Under the pieces are notes generated by a model, which was not told where the DNA came from, searched no databases, and worked only from the letters and a program-made list of their open reading frames with translations. 64,000 bases of DNA from an uncultured archaeon (GTDB lineage Archaea; Asgardarchaeota; Lokiarchaeia; Sigyniarchaeales; SOKP01). Position 1 is the stretch's first letter, and each line of letters opens with the position of its first letter. The stretch is from contig CAZGJX010000001.1 in the NCBI GenBank assembly GCA_964525635.1, forward strand, positions 1 through 64,000. The letters run 5' to 3'. A program made the translations under genes and the position numbers. Shown here one piece after another: positions 10,581-21,699 of the stretch.

Positions 10581-11564
10581 CTAAATTTTTTTTTCATATT
10601 CTTCCACTTTTTCCTTAATTTGATTTAAGAAGGGCATTGAATCCTGAGCACCTGTCTTTGTCACAGCTATTGATGCTGCACAAATAGCATATTTTATTGC
10701 ATTAAAGAGATTTTTTCCTTGACATAATTGACTTGCAATTACTCCATTAAAACAATCGCCTGCGCCTACAGTATCTATAGCATTTACTTTAAGAGCAGGC
10801 ATTTCAATTATTTTATCATTTAAAGCATCATAAAATAAACAACCTTTTGACCCTATAGTTGTAATTATATATTTAATCCCTAACCTAGTTAAATTCATAG
10901 AAGCTTTTCTCATTAAGGCAATAGTAAAATTTTTTATTTTTTCAAATTGTTTAAAACCAAGTAGTTCATTCAACTTAAGAAGTTCCCCCTCATTTGGAAT
11001 AATAATATCAATATTTTTGAAAATTTCTTTTGATATTGGTTTTAAAGGTGCAGGATTTAATATTTTTATAACATTTCCTTCTTTAGCAATTTCAAAAATA
11101 TATTTAATAGTTTCAATTGGTATTTCCATTTGGACTATTAATACTGTTGCATTTTTAATTATGTCCTCAAAATTTTTTAATTCTTCACGTTGTAAATGAT
11201 AATTCGATCCTGGAGCTACAGTTATCATATTTTCTCCTTTTTTATCAATCAAGATAAATGCAATACCGCTATGATGAATATGATCTCTTATAATATAGTC
11301 TGTATTTACACCTTCCTTTTCTAATCTCTCAACCATTTGATCTCCAAAAGAATCATTACCAATTTTGCCAATAAATATTGTATCAGAACCAGATCTTACT
11401 GCTGCTATGGATTGGTTTGCTCCTTTACCTCCCAAGAATTGTTTAAAAACACCCCCAGTTACAGTTTCACCTGGTATAGGTAATCTATTAGAATAAATAT
11501 TGAAATCCATATTACTAGAACCAACAATAAGAACATAATTCTTTTTTTGAAAATTTGTATTCAT
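10581..11564 (-). CDS. rbsK: Ribokinase (PfkB family)
   Basis: VVGS.NMD-like start, GGKGANQ, NPAP, PNEGE, DTVGAGDCF. Confidence 0.9.
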   Translation of the reverse strand: MNTNFQKKNYVLIVGSSNMDFNIYSNRLPIPGETVTGGVFKQFLGGKGANQSIAAVRSGSDTIFIGKIGNDSFGDQMVERLEKEGVNTDYIIRDHIHHSGIAFILIDKKGENMITVAPGSNYHLQREELKNFEDIIKNATVLIVQMEIPIETIKYIFEIAKEGNVIKILNPAPLKPISKEIFKNIDIIIPNEGELLKLNELLGFKQFEKIKNFTIALMRKASMNLTRLGIKYIITTIGSKGCLFYDALNDKIIEMPALKVNAIDTVGAGDCFNGVIASQLCQGKNLFNAIKYAICAASIAVTKTGAQDSMPFLNQIKEKVEEYEKKI

Positions 11565-11843
11565 ATTCTTAAATAGGTTTATCTTTGAATTAATAGTTTA
11601 GTTTAGCTAATGATTAATCATATTAATTACTCAATAAAACTGGTATAAGTCCTATTCATTAAAGAGATCGTTAAAAAAAAAATGAATTCTAAAAAATCTA
11701 AAATTCTATAGACTTCTTTTATCTAAAAAAGATTGAATAATGTATTTCTTCTTGAGATCAAATGGTTTTTATTGAAAAGTGATTTTTAATAGATATAAGT
11801 TATAAATTATAAATTTGTTACTTAAAATTAACAATAACTAAAG

Positions 11844-12194
11844 GTGTTAACAATTAGTAAAGATAAAATAATTGGATTAATTGTAATGCTACTAGGTGCT
11901 TTCATTGGTATTGTTTACGTTTTAGGCTCTCTTGTTGATTATCTTATGTGGGAATTTGCGAATGATCCTCTTAGCCGGGGATTTGATATCACAAGTAGTT
12001 GGCTAGGTGGTGTTGATATATTCAAGTGGCAATTCTTTGTTGTTGCTCCAATGTGTTTAATTGTCGTATTAATCGCTATTATAGCAGTTTGGATAGGCTA
12101 TAGTATGCTTACCACTCCTGCACCAGTCCCTCTTGAAGAACTTGAAGAAGAACTTGCTGCGGAAGAAAAAGCTCTTAGTGAAGACGAAACGTAA
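11844..12194 (+). CDS. Small 2-TM membrane protein with acidic tail
   Basis: Two hydrophobic helices; WIGYSMLTTP.P motif typical of a conserved archaeal small membrane protein. Confidence 0.7.
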   Translation: MLTISKDKIIGLIVMLLGAFIGIVYVLGSLVDYLMWEFANDPLSRGFDITSSWLGGVDIFKWQFFVVAPMCLIVVLIAIIAVWIGYSMLTTPAPVPLEELEEELAAEEKALSEDET

Positions 12195-12287
12195 TAATTA
12201 GATTTAGTTTTATTTTTTAATTTTATTTTTTTCTTTTCATTATGTAATTTCTATTAAAAACATGTTAAAGTAATTTGTAAAATAATT

Positions 12288-13394
12288 TCAGAGTTCTTCA
12301 AGATAATAAGCATTTAATTTACCATTATCATGACAACTTATTATTAGATCTTTTTTGGAATAATATTTCACCATATTTGTGCAAGAATTTTCATTTATAC
12401 AAGAGATTATTTTTCCTGTGGGTTCATCTATTAATGCAATTTCACCTTTAGTTGTACCGATTCCTATATATTTTAGATTCTTTCTCATAAAAAATAGTAA
12501 ACATTCTGCGTTTAATTCTTTTAAATTCCAAACAACTTCAAATAAATTATTTAAACATAAGATCTCTGAAGAAAACTTTATTCTATCTAATGGAATTATC
12601 TTTTCAAAATAATCAAATGAATATGTACTTACTACAATATTATTATATATATCTTTTGGATAGGAAATACATTTCCAAATATAATCTGAAAAATTGATGT
12701 TTCTAATTTCTTTATGATTGTTTATATCTATAAAATGTAGAATTTTGTCATCTCCTCCACAAATTAGTATAGATCTATCTATTGATTTAATTATTGAGAG
12801 ACAACGAATTTTATTTGAAAAAGTCTTAAACCATAACATTTCACCCGTTTTTCCATCAAAAACTCTAACAGTACCATCATTACCGGCAGCATATAGTTGC
12901 TTTATTTTCTTTTCTTTATTAACCAAAATGAAAGCATCTCCAATCCCTTTTTCGAATACCTGTCCCCATATGAAATTTCCATTGATATCAAATACTCTAA
13001 TGGTATTATCAAGGGAAAAAGCAATTACCTCAATATTTCCATCACAAGTAATATCATCAAGTAATATCCCGCTAATGGATGAGTTAAATTTATGTGTCCA
13101 TAATAGATTTAGATTAAATTTATCAATTATTGAAAATACTCGGAGTATCCCATCCATTCCACCTAATATTAATTCTTGACAACCATCATTATTTATATCT
13201 AAAACTTTAACAGAATAAATTGCTTTTTTTTCTGTAATTGATTCTTCTCGAATAAATCTTCCATTTAAATCTAGAAATATAATTTCTCCTGTTTTAGAAT
13301 AAGATAAAATAACTGACTCTCTTTTCTTAATAATTTTAGTAATTAAAAATCCCAATATTGGTTTCTTATACAAATAATACCAAAATCTCTTCAT
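12288..13394 (-). CDS. WD40/FG-GAP-like beta-propeller protein
   Basis: Repeats GGMDGILRVF, SLDNTIRVF, GNDGTVRVF, GGDDKILHF; DINNDG motif. Confidence 0.75.
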   Translation of the reverse strand: MKRFWYYLYKKPILGFLITKIIKKRESVILSYSKTGEIIFLDLNGRFIREESITEKKAIYSVKVLDINNDGCQELILGGMDGILRVFSIIDKFNLNLLWTHKFNSSISGILLDDITCDGNIEVIAFSLDNTIRVFDINGNFIWGQVFEKGIGDAFILVNKEKKIKQLYAAGNDGTVRVFDGKTGEMLWFKTFSNKIRCLSIIKSIDRSILICGGDDKILHFIDINNHKEIRNINFSDYIWKCISYPKDIYNNIVVSTYSFDYFEKIIPLDRIKFSSEILCLNNLFEVVWNLKELNAECLLFFMRKNLKYIGIGTTKGEIALIDEPTGKIISCINENSCTNMVKYYSKKDLIISCHDNGKLNAYYLEEL

Positions 13395-13631
13395 AATTAT
13401 AATTACTCACAACATCCTTGCTTGTTTCAAATAGAAAGATAATTGAATTTTAATAATAGTTTTATGAATATATTGTAATGCTATCAATTATACCTATTAA
13501 AATATAATTTTTTGCTACATGATTTAGAAAATTTTTTTTTAATTTGGTCTAAGTTTAGATAAAAATACAATAATGAAAATAAAAAATAAAAAATAAAAAT
13601 TATTTCATTTGAAAAGATAATATCTATAATA

Positions 13632-13829
13632 TTATTCTTCAGTGATTGTTATTACCTCTTCAGGGCATTGTGTCTCACAAGCTCTACATCCGACACAATC
13701 ATCTCTATTAGCTTCTATAATTGAAACTTTACCCCCTTTAGGTTCATCAAAACATTCTGATGGACAAACTTCATAACAGGTACCACATCCAGTACAAGCA
13801 TCCATATCAATTTCAATTCCAAATGACAT
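13632..13829 (-). CDS. 2x[4Fe-4S] ferredoxin
   Basis: CTGCGTCYEVCP and CVGCRACETQCP. Confidence 0.95.
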   Translation of the reverse strand: MSFGIEIDMDACTGCGTCYEVCPSECFDEPKGGKVSIIEANRDDCVGCRACETQCPEEVITITEE

Positions 13830-14414
13830 ATGTGCAAATCTCCTTTTGAATTTTATTTATTTTTTTATATATTTATTATTTTGTCTTAAGAGAAATATTT
13901 ACACTTAAAACCTATATTTTTTATTATTTTTTCTAATTATATAAAAAATAAAAACTTCGTGATTAAAAAAGAAAATTAAGAATAGAATATTCATTTTTAA
14001 AAAATAACTTATAACTATTTTAAAATGGATAATAATCTTTTAAAAATTTATCAATTGATATTATTTTTAAAGATGTTTTGAAAAAAAGAAACAGATACTA
14101 TTTTATAAGATAATAAATTTAATTATTTGAAAAAAATAAAAAGAGGTTAATTAATTTTAGGGGAATTAATGCAAACCTACTTTTTAACTCTTTTTAATAA
14201 TCACCTTCAATTTTGATTAATTAATAAGATTTCTATTTGTCTAGAAATCCATTATATTATTAATCATTCCTATATAAAAATGTTTGGATTATAAAAAAAA
14301 AGGATTTATTAAACGTTTTTTAAAAATATGCGATTATTTTTGAACATAATTATGAAGAAAGCAGATATTTATGAAAAAAGTATCTATTTTAAAAATTTTT
14401 AATATAAATCATTT

Positions 14415-15566
14415 TTACCATAAAAGAATACGTCCACATTTTTTACAAATTCCTTCATTAACCTGCTGATTTATGCAATTTTCATGATAATTAGCTCCAC
14501 ATTCTTTGCATTTATAGATTTTTTTAGTATATTCCAAAAAATCATATTCACAATATGCACATTTACTTCCGTAGGAGAAATTAGAATCATTAGCATCAGT
14601 TTCTACAATTTGAGATGTGCCGGTTAAATCCAGATTATTATTATCTGACATATTTGTTTGATTAACATAGACTCCATTTGATTGTGGAGTAACCCATTGT
14701 TCTTCTAGAGGTTGTTGATATATCTCTTTTCCAGATGAAGGATTTGAGGATGAATCCCAATTTTCTACATATCCTATTTTTTGTTTTTGAATTCCTACTT
14801 TTAAAGAGATTTTTTCATCTAATATATTCGTTAATATTAATGCGGAGGCATATTTACCCTTAATTCCCCCTTTCTGTAAATGTGTATGTGAAATCATATG
14901 TATCACTTTTCCTCCTTTTTTCCCAAAATCGAAATAAATCAAAACAGGGCCTTCTCCCCATTTACTTTTTATTTCCCATGAATTTATTAATACATGTACT
15001 GCGTTATAATTTAAAATTTCTATAGGAAAAGATCTATTTTCCAACCACCATCTGAATTCATCTTTTTTTGAATTTTTTGATGTCCATTTACTTTGTTGAA
15101 TTTCTCCTAGTACTCCATCTAAAAAAGGATGTTCTGGATTTAATATTTGACATGCAACTACAGCGTCATTAGTTCTTTGTCGATTCCATCTGATATAACC
15201 AGGAAAAATAGGTTCAATAATACTTTCTAGAGCCCAGTCTGTTGTAATTAGATAATTTCCATTCAGTACAAAGTCTTTTATCTTTGTAAAAATACTCGCT
15301 GGGATATCTCTACCAGAACACCCGATTAATAATACATCAAAATTATTAAAATCAATTGATCTTATTTTTTTTTTTATTTCTCTTCTCTTAACTACAACTT
15401 TTTCAGCAGCATACATATATTCTATTATTTTCTGTGGTTTCTCATATTCTCCTTCGATAGCTAAAATTCTTCCATGTTTTTCTACTGCTTTCACAACATC
15501 TTTTTTATTTAACGCTTCCATTTTACGCTTTCGAACTTCCGAATATAGATTTTTCCAATCACTCAT
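14415..15566 (-). CDS. Class I GATase-like fold domain plus C-terminal C4HC3 (PHD/RING-variant-like) zinc finger
   Basis: FDVLLIGC...FV.NG.YLITTDWAL; C-terminal CAYC-x13-CKEC-x4-H-x2-C-x9-CKKC. Confidence 0.6.
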   Translation of the reverse strand: MSDWKNLYSEVRKRKMEALNKKDVVKAVEKHGRILAIEGEYEKPQKIIEYMYAAEKVVVKRREIKKKIRSIDFNNFDVLLIGCSGRDIPASIFTKIKDFVLNGNYLITTDWALESIIEPIFPGYIRWNRQRTNDAVVACQILNPEHPFLDGVLGEIQQSKWTSKNSKKDEFRWWLENRSFPIEILNYNAVHVLINSWEIKSKWGEGPVLIYFDFGKKGGKVIHMISHTHLQKGGIKGKYASALILTNILDEKISLKVGIQKQKIGYVENWDSSSNPSSGKEIYQQPLEEQWVTPQSNGVYVNQTNMSDNNNLDLTGTSQIVETDANDSNFSYGSKCAYCEYDFLEYTKKIYKCKECGANYHENCINQQVNEGICKKCGRILLW

Positions 15567-15664
15567 ATTATAATACTCTTACATCAAAATTAAATAGAAT
15601 TTACTGTTATCTTATTAATAATAAATAAAAAGGAATATAAATATTTTCAGAGAAGAATACAAAA

Positions 15665-17161
15665 TTGACAGAGCTTAAGAATATTGGTTCACCAAAAGAA
15701 TTTTGGGATTATTTTAAAGAGATATCTAAGATACCACGTTGTTCTGGAAAGGAGGATCAGATTAGGAATTTTATTCAAAAAACTGCAATATCTTTTAAGT
15801 ATGATACCAAAATTGATAGCACTGGAAATTTAGTTGTTAAAGTATATTCAAAAACGAAGGATAAGAAGAATCTTAAAATCATTTTTCAATGCCATATGGA
15901 TATAGTTTGTGAGAAAGAAAAGGACATATCTCATAATTTTTCAAATGATCCATTAAATCTAGAAATAATTAGACTTCATGGTGAAGATTGGTTAACGGCA
16001 AAAGGTACAACTTTAGGTGCAGATAATGGAGTCGGAATAGCTTATTGCCTAACTTTAATGAATAGAATTTATAATAAAAAAATAAATATTAATAATTTAG
16101 CTATAGAATTTTTATTTACTGTAGAAGAGGAAACTGGACTGACTGGTGCCTTTAATATTGTACCAGGATTTATTGATGGAAAATATTTAATTAATCTTGA
16201 TTCAGAGGAAGATGATACATTTACTATTGGATGTGCTGGAGGAATAGATACACGAGGAGAATTAAAAATAAAATATGAAAACGTCAATGAAAAAGCAAAA
16301 AAGTTAATCCCATTACAATTAACTATCACAGAGCTATTAGGAGGACACTCTGGAATTGATATAAATAAAGGAAGAGGTAATGCTATTAAAATTCTCTCTG
16401 ATTTTTTATGGAAAATAAATAAAAAATATGGAATTTTATTAAATTCTATTTCTGGAGGTAAATTATCAAATACAATTCCTCGGGAAGCAAATGCTATTAT
16501 TTATTGTAGGGAAGAAAAATATTCAGACGTTAGTTCTTATATTAATCAAATAATATCAGAAATAATTAAACAGTTTCCTGATGAAAATATAAAAATCGCA
16601 TTAACAAAATTAGATAAAATTGAAAATGATTATTTTATTTCTAAACAAATTAGTGATAAATTGTTTCATATTCTCTATATTATTCCTAATGGTCCTATTT
16701 TAAATCATCCAAATAATCCAAATTTGGTCCATACATCAACTAATTTAGCTTCAATAAAAATAGAAGGAAATAAAATAATAATTATAACAAGTCAACGAAG
16801 TATAGATGAAATTTCAAAAAGGAACTTATATGAAAAAATTGAAGCTTTATTTAATTTAGCTGATTTAGATATAATAATAAAGCATACTTCAGATTATCCA
16901 GGATGGACTCCAGATTTTGAATCAAAATTACTTCAAATTGCCCAAAAGAGTTATAAAGAACTTTTCGACAAAAATGTAAATATTCAAACAATACATGCGG
17001 GGCTGGAAACGGGTATCCTTAAACAAAAATTTCCTAAAATGGAGATGATTTCAATTGGACCATTAATAGAGGGAGGCCATTCTCCAAATGAGAAATTAAA
17101 GATAAAAAGTGTGGAAAAAATATGGAAACTAATTGAAGTCATAATAAAAAATTTTAATTAA
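15665..17161 (+). CDS. pepD: Aminoacyl-histidine dipeptidase (M20C)
   Basis: QCHMDIV, TTLGADNGVG, EEETGL, NLDSEE, GGHSG, IHAGLE, HSPNE. Confidence 0.92.
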   Translation: MTELKNIGSPKEFWDYFKEISKIPRCSGKEDQIRNFIQKTAISFKYDTKIDSTGNLVVKVYSKTKDKKNLKIIFQCHMDIVCEKEKDISHNFSNDPLNLEIIRLHGEDWLTAKGTTLGADNGVGIAYCLTLMNRIYNKKININNLAIEFLFTVEEETGLTGAFNIVPGFIDGKYLINLDSEEDDTFTIGCAGGIDTRGELKIKYENVNEKAKKLIPLQLTITELLGGHSGIDINKGRGNAIKILSDFLWKINKKYGILLNSISGGKLSNTIPREANAIIYCREEKYSDVSSYINQIISEIIKQFPDENIKIALTKLDKIENDYFISKQISDKLFHILYIIPNGPILNHPNNPNLVHTSTNLASIKIEGNKIIIITSQRSIDEISKRNLYEKIEALFNLADLDIIIKHTSDYPGWTPDFESKLLQIAQKSYKELFDKNVNIQTIHAGLETGILKQKFPKMEMISIGPLIEGGHSPNEKLKIKSVEKIWKLIEVIIKNFN

Positions 17162-17238
17162 ATTGTTTTATTTCTAAAATAAATAGAAAAAAGAATTTAA
17201 TTTTATTTTAATTATTTAATCTAACTAAAAAATAATAT

Positions 17239-17805
17239 TTGTTTCTTATGAGTAGTAAACAATCATCCATTAAAAACAATCGAGACAAGGAAGAAGTTAG
17301 TGGTTCTGACACAGTTTTTGATATGTTGAGGGAGAAAACTCCTTGGGTATTTGGTAATGTAGTCAGAAAACCAAAAATTAATTTTCCAAGCACGAAATCA
17401 CGATATAGAATAAATCTTCCCACACCATCAAAAGCTCTTGGATTAATTATAATATATATAATTCTCTTCTTATTACAAACTGGTTTGTTATATATTATTT
17501 ATCGAAATCCACCCGCAATTGGCGCGGACAGCGAGGGAAATGCACAATTCTATTATCCTGGAGTGCATGATCAATTTATTATTGAGGGAATAGTGGCTTC
17601 AATCGTAATATTTCTTGCATCTAGTGGTTATTTATTTCTTTATCAAGCATCAAAATATATTTATGATAGAAGTATTGCATTAAAAATTCTGGTACTAGGA
17701 TTTATTCTAATTATTTTTACATTCATAACACTTCAATTCATGTTAGCAGTAAAAACCCAGGCGATTAGACAGTTCTTGAAAGACTTGTTGGACGTCTATG
17801 GTTAA
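17239..17805 (+). CDS. Oligosaccharyltransferase subunit, OST3/OST6 or OSTC(DC2)-like
   Basis: Three TMs with PPAIG...QFIIEGIVAS, resembling the OSTC/OST3-6 PP..G...QY..EG motif; the true start may be a few codons downstream. Confidence 0.7.
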   Translation: MFLMSSKQSSIKNNRDKEEVSGSDTVFDMLREKTPWVFGNVVRKPKINFPSTKSRYRINLPTPSKALGLIIIYIILFLLQTGLLYIIYRNPPAIGADSEGNAQFYYPGVHDQFIIEGIVASIVIFLASSGYLFLYQASKYIYDRSIALKILVLGFILIIFTFITLQFMLAVKTQAIRQFLKDLLDVYG

Positions 17806-17853
17806 GAATTAAATATTACTATATTTTAATTTTTATCTTTTATTTTATGAAAT

Positions 17854-18990
17854 TTATATTACTTTATATATTTTTAATTCATCATAATCTACTATTATCT
17901 TGTAATATCCTTTCATTTTCCTATCTAATTCAATATCTCGAGTATCTATTTTTAACATATTATCAGGAATAGTGTCCAATTTATATTTTGTGGATAGTAT
18001 AATAATATTCGTTAAACCGATTTTTTTTAGGATTTCAGAAGATATTTGTAAATTCCCCCTCCCAAATAGAAATCCTTGCCTTCCAATGGGAGAAATAATT
18101 ATTTTTGTTGGGTTTTTTTCAATTATTTTTAAAATATCATTTTCATTCAAATCTAATTTTTGAATTTTCTTATTTAACAGTAAATCTACTCCCAATACGG
18201 TTTTTTCTTGATCTAAAATATCTGTTATTGCTTTAATTGTTGTACCAGGCCCTAATATATAATTAACATCATCCTCAAGGTTTTCTATTATCCTTTTGGC
18301 AATTCTTTCTTGATTATTCAAATCAGAATTAGAAGACTCCATTTTTGATAATTGAGAATATTTGGGAGCAAATGGGGTCAATAAATAACCATAGAGTTTT
18401 GAAACCAATTTCCCCTTTCTATATTTTTCTTCATCTATATCCAATACCTCTGATTCTTTTAATGGAATTTCATCCCATAAAAATTGCATAATTAAATCAG
18501 CAGCAACTATAGGATTTAGTGCAAATACACTAGAAAAGATTTTTACACCTGCAGGTATTCCAAGAGCGGGTATTTTTGTATTTATTGCATCTTGTATGTC
18601 TCTAGCAGTTCCATCTCCTCCAACAAATAATATTAGTTTTAAATCTTTGATCTCACATAACATATTTGCTGCAATTTTTGTATATTCAGAAGTTGAATCA
18701 TAAATCTCATTATAATCATTGAAAATAGAATGTTTTATTATTTGAAAGTCAAATCCAAATTCTTCTAAAATAAAACCTCCCATATATTTCGGACAGGTAA
18801 TAAATTTTATTTTTCTCTTAATTGAGCTTAATTTTTCTAATAATTCTTTTGTTCTGTTATAAGCATTAGGTTTTGCTCCCAAAGAAAGAGCTTTCTCTAA
18901 TGTATCTCCTCCATCAGTTCCTTTAAGTCCTACCGCGCCACCCATCCCTGCAATAGGATTAATAATCAATCCTAAGATTAATTGGTTCAT
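17854..18990 (-). CDS. ATP-NAD kinase family protein (COG3199-like)
   Basis: NPIAGMGG.VGLKGTDG, GGDGTARD, GIPAGVK, GRGNLQ. Confidence 0.88.
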   Translation of the reverse strand: MNQLILGLIINPIAGMGGAVGLKGTDGGDTLEKALSLGAKPNAYNRTKELLEKLSSIKRKIKFITCPKYMGGFILEEFGFDFQIIKHSIFNDYNEIYDSTSEYTKIAANMLCEIKDLKLILFVGGDGTARDIQDAINTKIPALGIPAGVKIFSSVFALNPIVAADLIMQFLWDEIPLKESEVLDIDEEKYRKGKLVSKLYGYLLTPFAPKYSQLSKMESSNSDLNNQERIAKRIIENLEDDVNYILGPGTTIKAITDILDQEKTVLGVDLLLNKKIQKLDLNENDILKIIEKNPTKIIISPIGRQGFLFGRGNLQISSEILKKIGLTNIIILSTKYKLDTIPDNMLKIDTRDIELDRKMKGYYKIIVDYDELKIYKVI

Positions 18991-19049
18991 ATTTTTACAT
19001 AAATTAAAAAAAAAAGAAATAAATTTTAGTTTATAGCTATAATTTTAAT

Positions 19050-19469
19050 CTATTTTAATGTAGCTAAAAAATCTTTATATTCATTTGCGCCAAGTAGATT
19101 TCCTTTTTCATCATCAAAATTTGAAGCTTCAATCGTAAAGAGCCAACCTTCTCCATATGGATCTTCATTAATTTTTTCAGGATTATCTATTAAATCGTTA
19201 TTAACTCCTGAAATCTTTCCTGAAACGGGACTATAAATATCTCCTACTGCTTTACTTGATTCAACTGTTGCATCTAATGGATCGCTTGTTGGATCATCTC
19301 CATCCATTTTTATTTGTTCTACTTCTTCACCCTCAATAGGTTCAACATCTACGAAAGAGATCTCTCCTAATTGTTCAGCAGCAAAAGCACTTATACCTAC
19401 TTTACCAGAATTTGGATCATACCATTGATGTGTTTTTGTATAATATAATCCATCTTTTATATCTGACAT
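19050..19469 (-). CDS. gcvH: Glycine cleavage system H protein (lipoyl carrier)
   Basis: YTKTHQW, GISAFA..QLG, VESSKAVGDIYSPVSG, INEDPYGEGW. Confidence 0.93.
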   Translation of the reverse strand: MSDIKDGLYYTKTHQWYDPNSGKVGISAFAAEQLGEISFVDVEPIEGEEVEQIKMDGDDPTSDPLDATVESSKAVGDIYSPVSGKISGVNNDLIDNPEKINEDPYGEGWLFTIEASNFDDEKGNLLGANEYKDFLATLK

Positions 19470-19835
19470 TTTTAATCAATAACTAATTTTTATGATAATT
19501 CATAATTGATTCAATAATAATTAAGATTAATTATAAGAAAAATATAAAAGTTTTTGCCAAAAGAGATTACTCAAAAATATTCTATTTAATTGAAATATAA
19601 TAAAATTTAATAAAATAATATTAATTAAAAGAGTTATATTTTTTTTATCTTAAGAAAAATTATAAGATATTTATTTCAAGAAAATAGAAGTGGAACTAAT
19701 TATTATTATTATTGTTCTTCAATAAATTAAAATAATTTAATTCTATTTTCATAATTTATAATAAAATAATAATTATTTCATCTTAAGAATTAACTAACAA
19801 AAAATAAGTAGTCTTAAAAAAATTGGATTAATTAA

Positions 19836-20660
19836 ATGAAGGATAATCTAAACAATTATAAGAATTTTAAAAAATGGTATAAAATAATTTTAGCAGATTT
19901 TAATTTTAATCCTAAAATGGATAAAAATGCAAGTGATTACCTATTAAACATATTACGACAAAAGGGAGCAGATTGGCAATATGAGAGAATCTTAGAATTA
20001 TTTATAAATAATATTAAAGAAAAAGATTTTATTTTTATATATGGTTGTGGACCATCTCTTGAAGAAACTGTTGATAAACTTCTTGAGGAGGAAATAGAAA
20101 AAAACTTTAAAAATTCTTTTAATTTAGCCGCAGATGGGGCTTCCGTATTATTAAAAGAAAAGAAGATACCAATAAATTGTATATTTACAGATCTTGATGG
20201 TATTACAAAAGATGAATTTTACTATTCCGATTATGTAGTAGTTCATGCGCATGGGGATAATTTAGCAAAACTAGAATATTTTAAGGATGATATCCTTACC
20301 TTTAAAAATGTAATTGGAACAACTCAATGCAAACCGAGCAAGATTTTATTTAATCCAGGAGGATTTACTGATGGTGATAGAATCCTATATTTCATAAGAA
20401 ATCTTATTTTGCCTACTCAAAAAATATTTTTAATTGGAATGGACTTTGGAAATAAAATTGGAAAATATTCTAAACCAAATATGAAAAATAATTATGAGAT
20501 ATCACTATTAAAAGCAAAAAAGCTTCAATATGCTGTAAAACTAATTGAAGATATAATTATTACTTTTATAAATCCCATATATTTTATAAATTCTAAAAAA
20601 AGTTCAGATAAATTTCAATATATATCAATATCAGATTTTAAAAATATTATTAAATTTTGA
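19836..20660 (+). CDS. mptE: 6-hydroxymethyl-7,8-dihydropterin pyrophosphokinase, MptE (DUF115)
   Basis: GCGPSL, AADGA, TDLDG, VHAHGDN, GGFTDGDR. Confidence 0.85.
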   Translation: MKDNLNNYKNFKKWYKIILADFNFNPKMDKNASDYLLNILRQKGADWQYERILELFINNIKEKDFIFIYGCGPSLEETVDKLLEEEIEKNFKNSFNLAADGASVLLKEKKIPINCIFTDLDGITKDEFYYSDYVVVHAHGDNLAKLEYFKDDILTFKNVIGTTQCKPSKILFNPGGFTDGDRILYFIRNLILPTQKIFLIGMDFGNKIGKYSKPNMKNNYEISLLKAKKLQYAVKLIEDIIITFINPIYFINSKKSSDKFQYISISDFKNIIKF

Positions 20661-21468
20661 AGTCTTGTATTCCTTTATTTCCTATTTCGTACAAAACTCT
20701 TTTTTCAGGAAGTTTCAGTGAATTTACTAAATGTGCATAACATTGTTTATCTTTTTTTTGTTTTAAATAAATCGATTCTGAAAAAAAATGATTTAAATAT
20801 TGAAGTGCAACAGGTTCCTCTTTAATAAATGCATCATCTATAAAATTTGGAGTGACTTGGGCAGTAATAATCGTTATTATATTGTATTTTTTAGTTATAT
20901 GATTAATTTTTTCCAAAATATTTAGAAAATCTTTTTTTGTGTTATTAAAAGAGAAATTTTTTTCACCTTTCTCAAATCTATAATGGTGGTTGATACTATC
21001 GATTATAAAGATTTTAATTGAATTTTTTTTAATATCTTCCTCTATATTCTTTAAAGATAATAATAAGATGGAGTTGCTTCTAATATTTGAAATAAGAGTA
21101 TTCTTTAAAATTTCTTTATAATCTATATCATGAAATCCTGATAGTTCTTTTATTCTTTCTGGTCTAAAGGTATTCTCTGAATCAAAAAATAAAACAGATT
21201 TTTGATTTATTTTATTTTGTTCATTTGAAAAATATTTAAATCCTTGTACACAAATTTGATGGCATAGTTGAGTTTTTCCGGTGCTATTACCTCCAAAAAC
21301 TAAATAAACAGAACCTGAATCAAAACCTCCTCCTAAAATTTTATCAAGATTATCTACACCTAGTGGTAGTTTTATTCTATTTTTTCTTACATTTTCAAAT
21401 TTATCAAAAAAAAAATTAAAATCACAGATATCATCTTTATTATTATTTAAGAATTCTAAATTTTCCAT
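20650..21468 (-). CDS. RadA/Rad51 paralog (ATPase core only)
   Basis: LDKILGGG, GGNSTGKTQLCHQ, DSENTFRPERI, IIDS; no N-terminal HhH domain. Confidence 0.85.
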   Translation of the reverse strand: MENLEFLNNNKDDICDFNFFFDKFENVRKNRIKLPLGVDNLDKILGGGFDSGSVYLVFGGNSTGKTQLCHQICVQGFKYFSNEQNKINQKSVLFFDSENTFRPERIKELSGFHDIDYKEILKNTLISNIRSNSILLLSLKNIEEDIKKNSIKIFIIDSINHHYRFEKGEKNFSFNNTKKDFLNILEKINHITKKYNIITIITAQVTPNFIDDAFIKEEPVALQYLNHFFSESIYLKQKKDKQCYAHLVNSLKLPEKRVLYEIGNKGIQDFKI

Positions 21469-21699
21469 TTTTAGTATATTAGATTGTTTTAAAAGGTTAT
21501 TATAGATTATAAAACTTAAAGAAACAATAAATTTATTATAAAACGAAAATTTAATTTTTGATTAATCATAAAGATATTATTATAGTATTGATGATTTAAT
21601 CTGAAATTTTAAAAAAATCCTAAAAGATAAGCAAATTTTATTTTTAAATAATCTCAATGGTTTTTGTTTAAATAAATTTTCCTGTAGGAGTATACGTAA

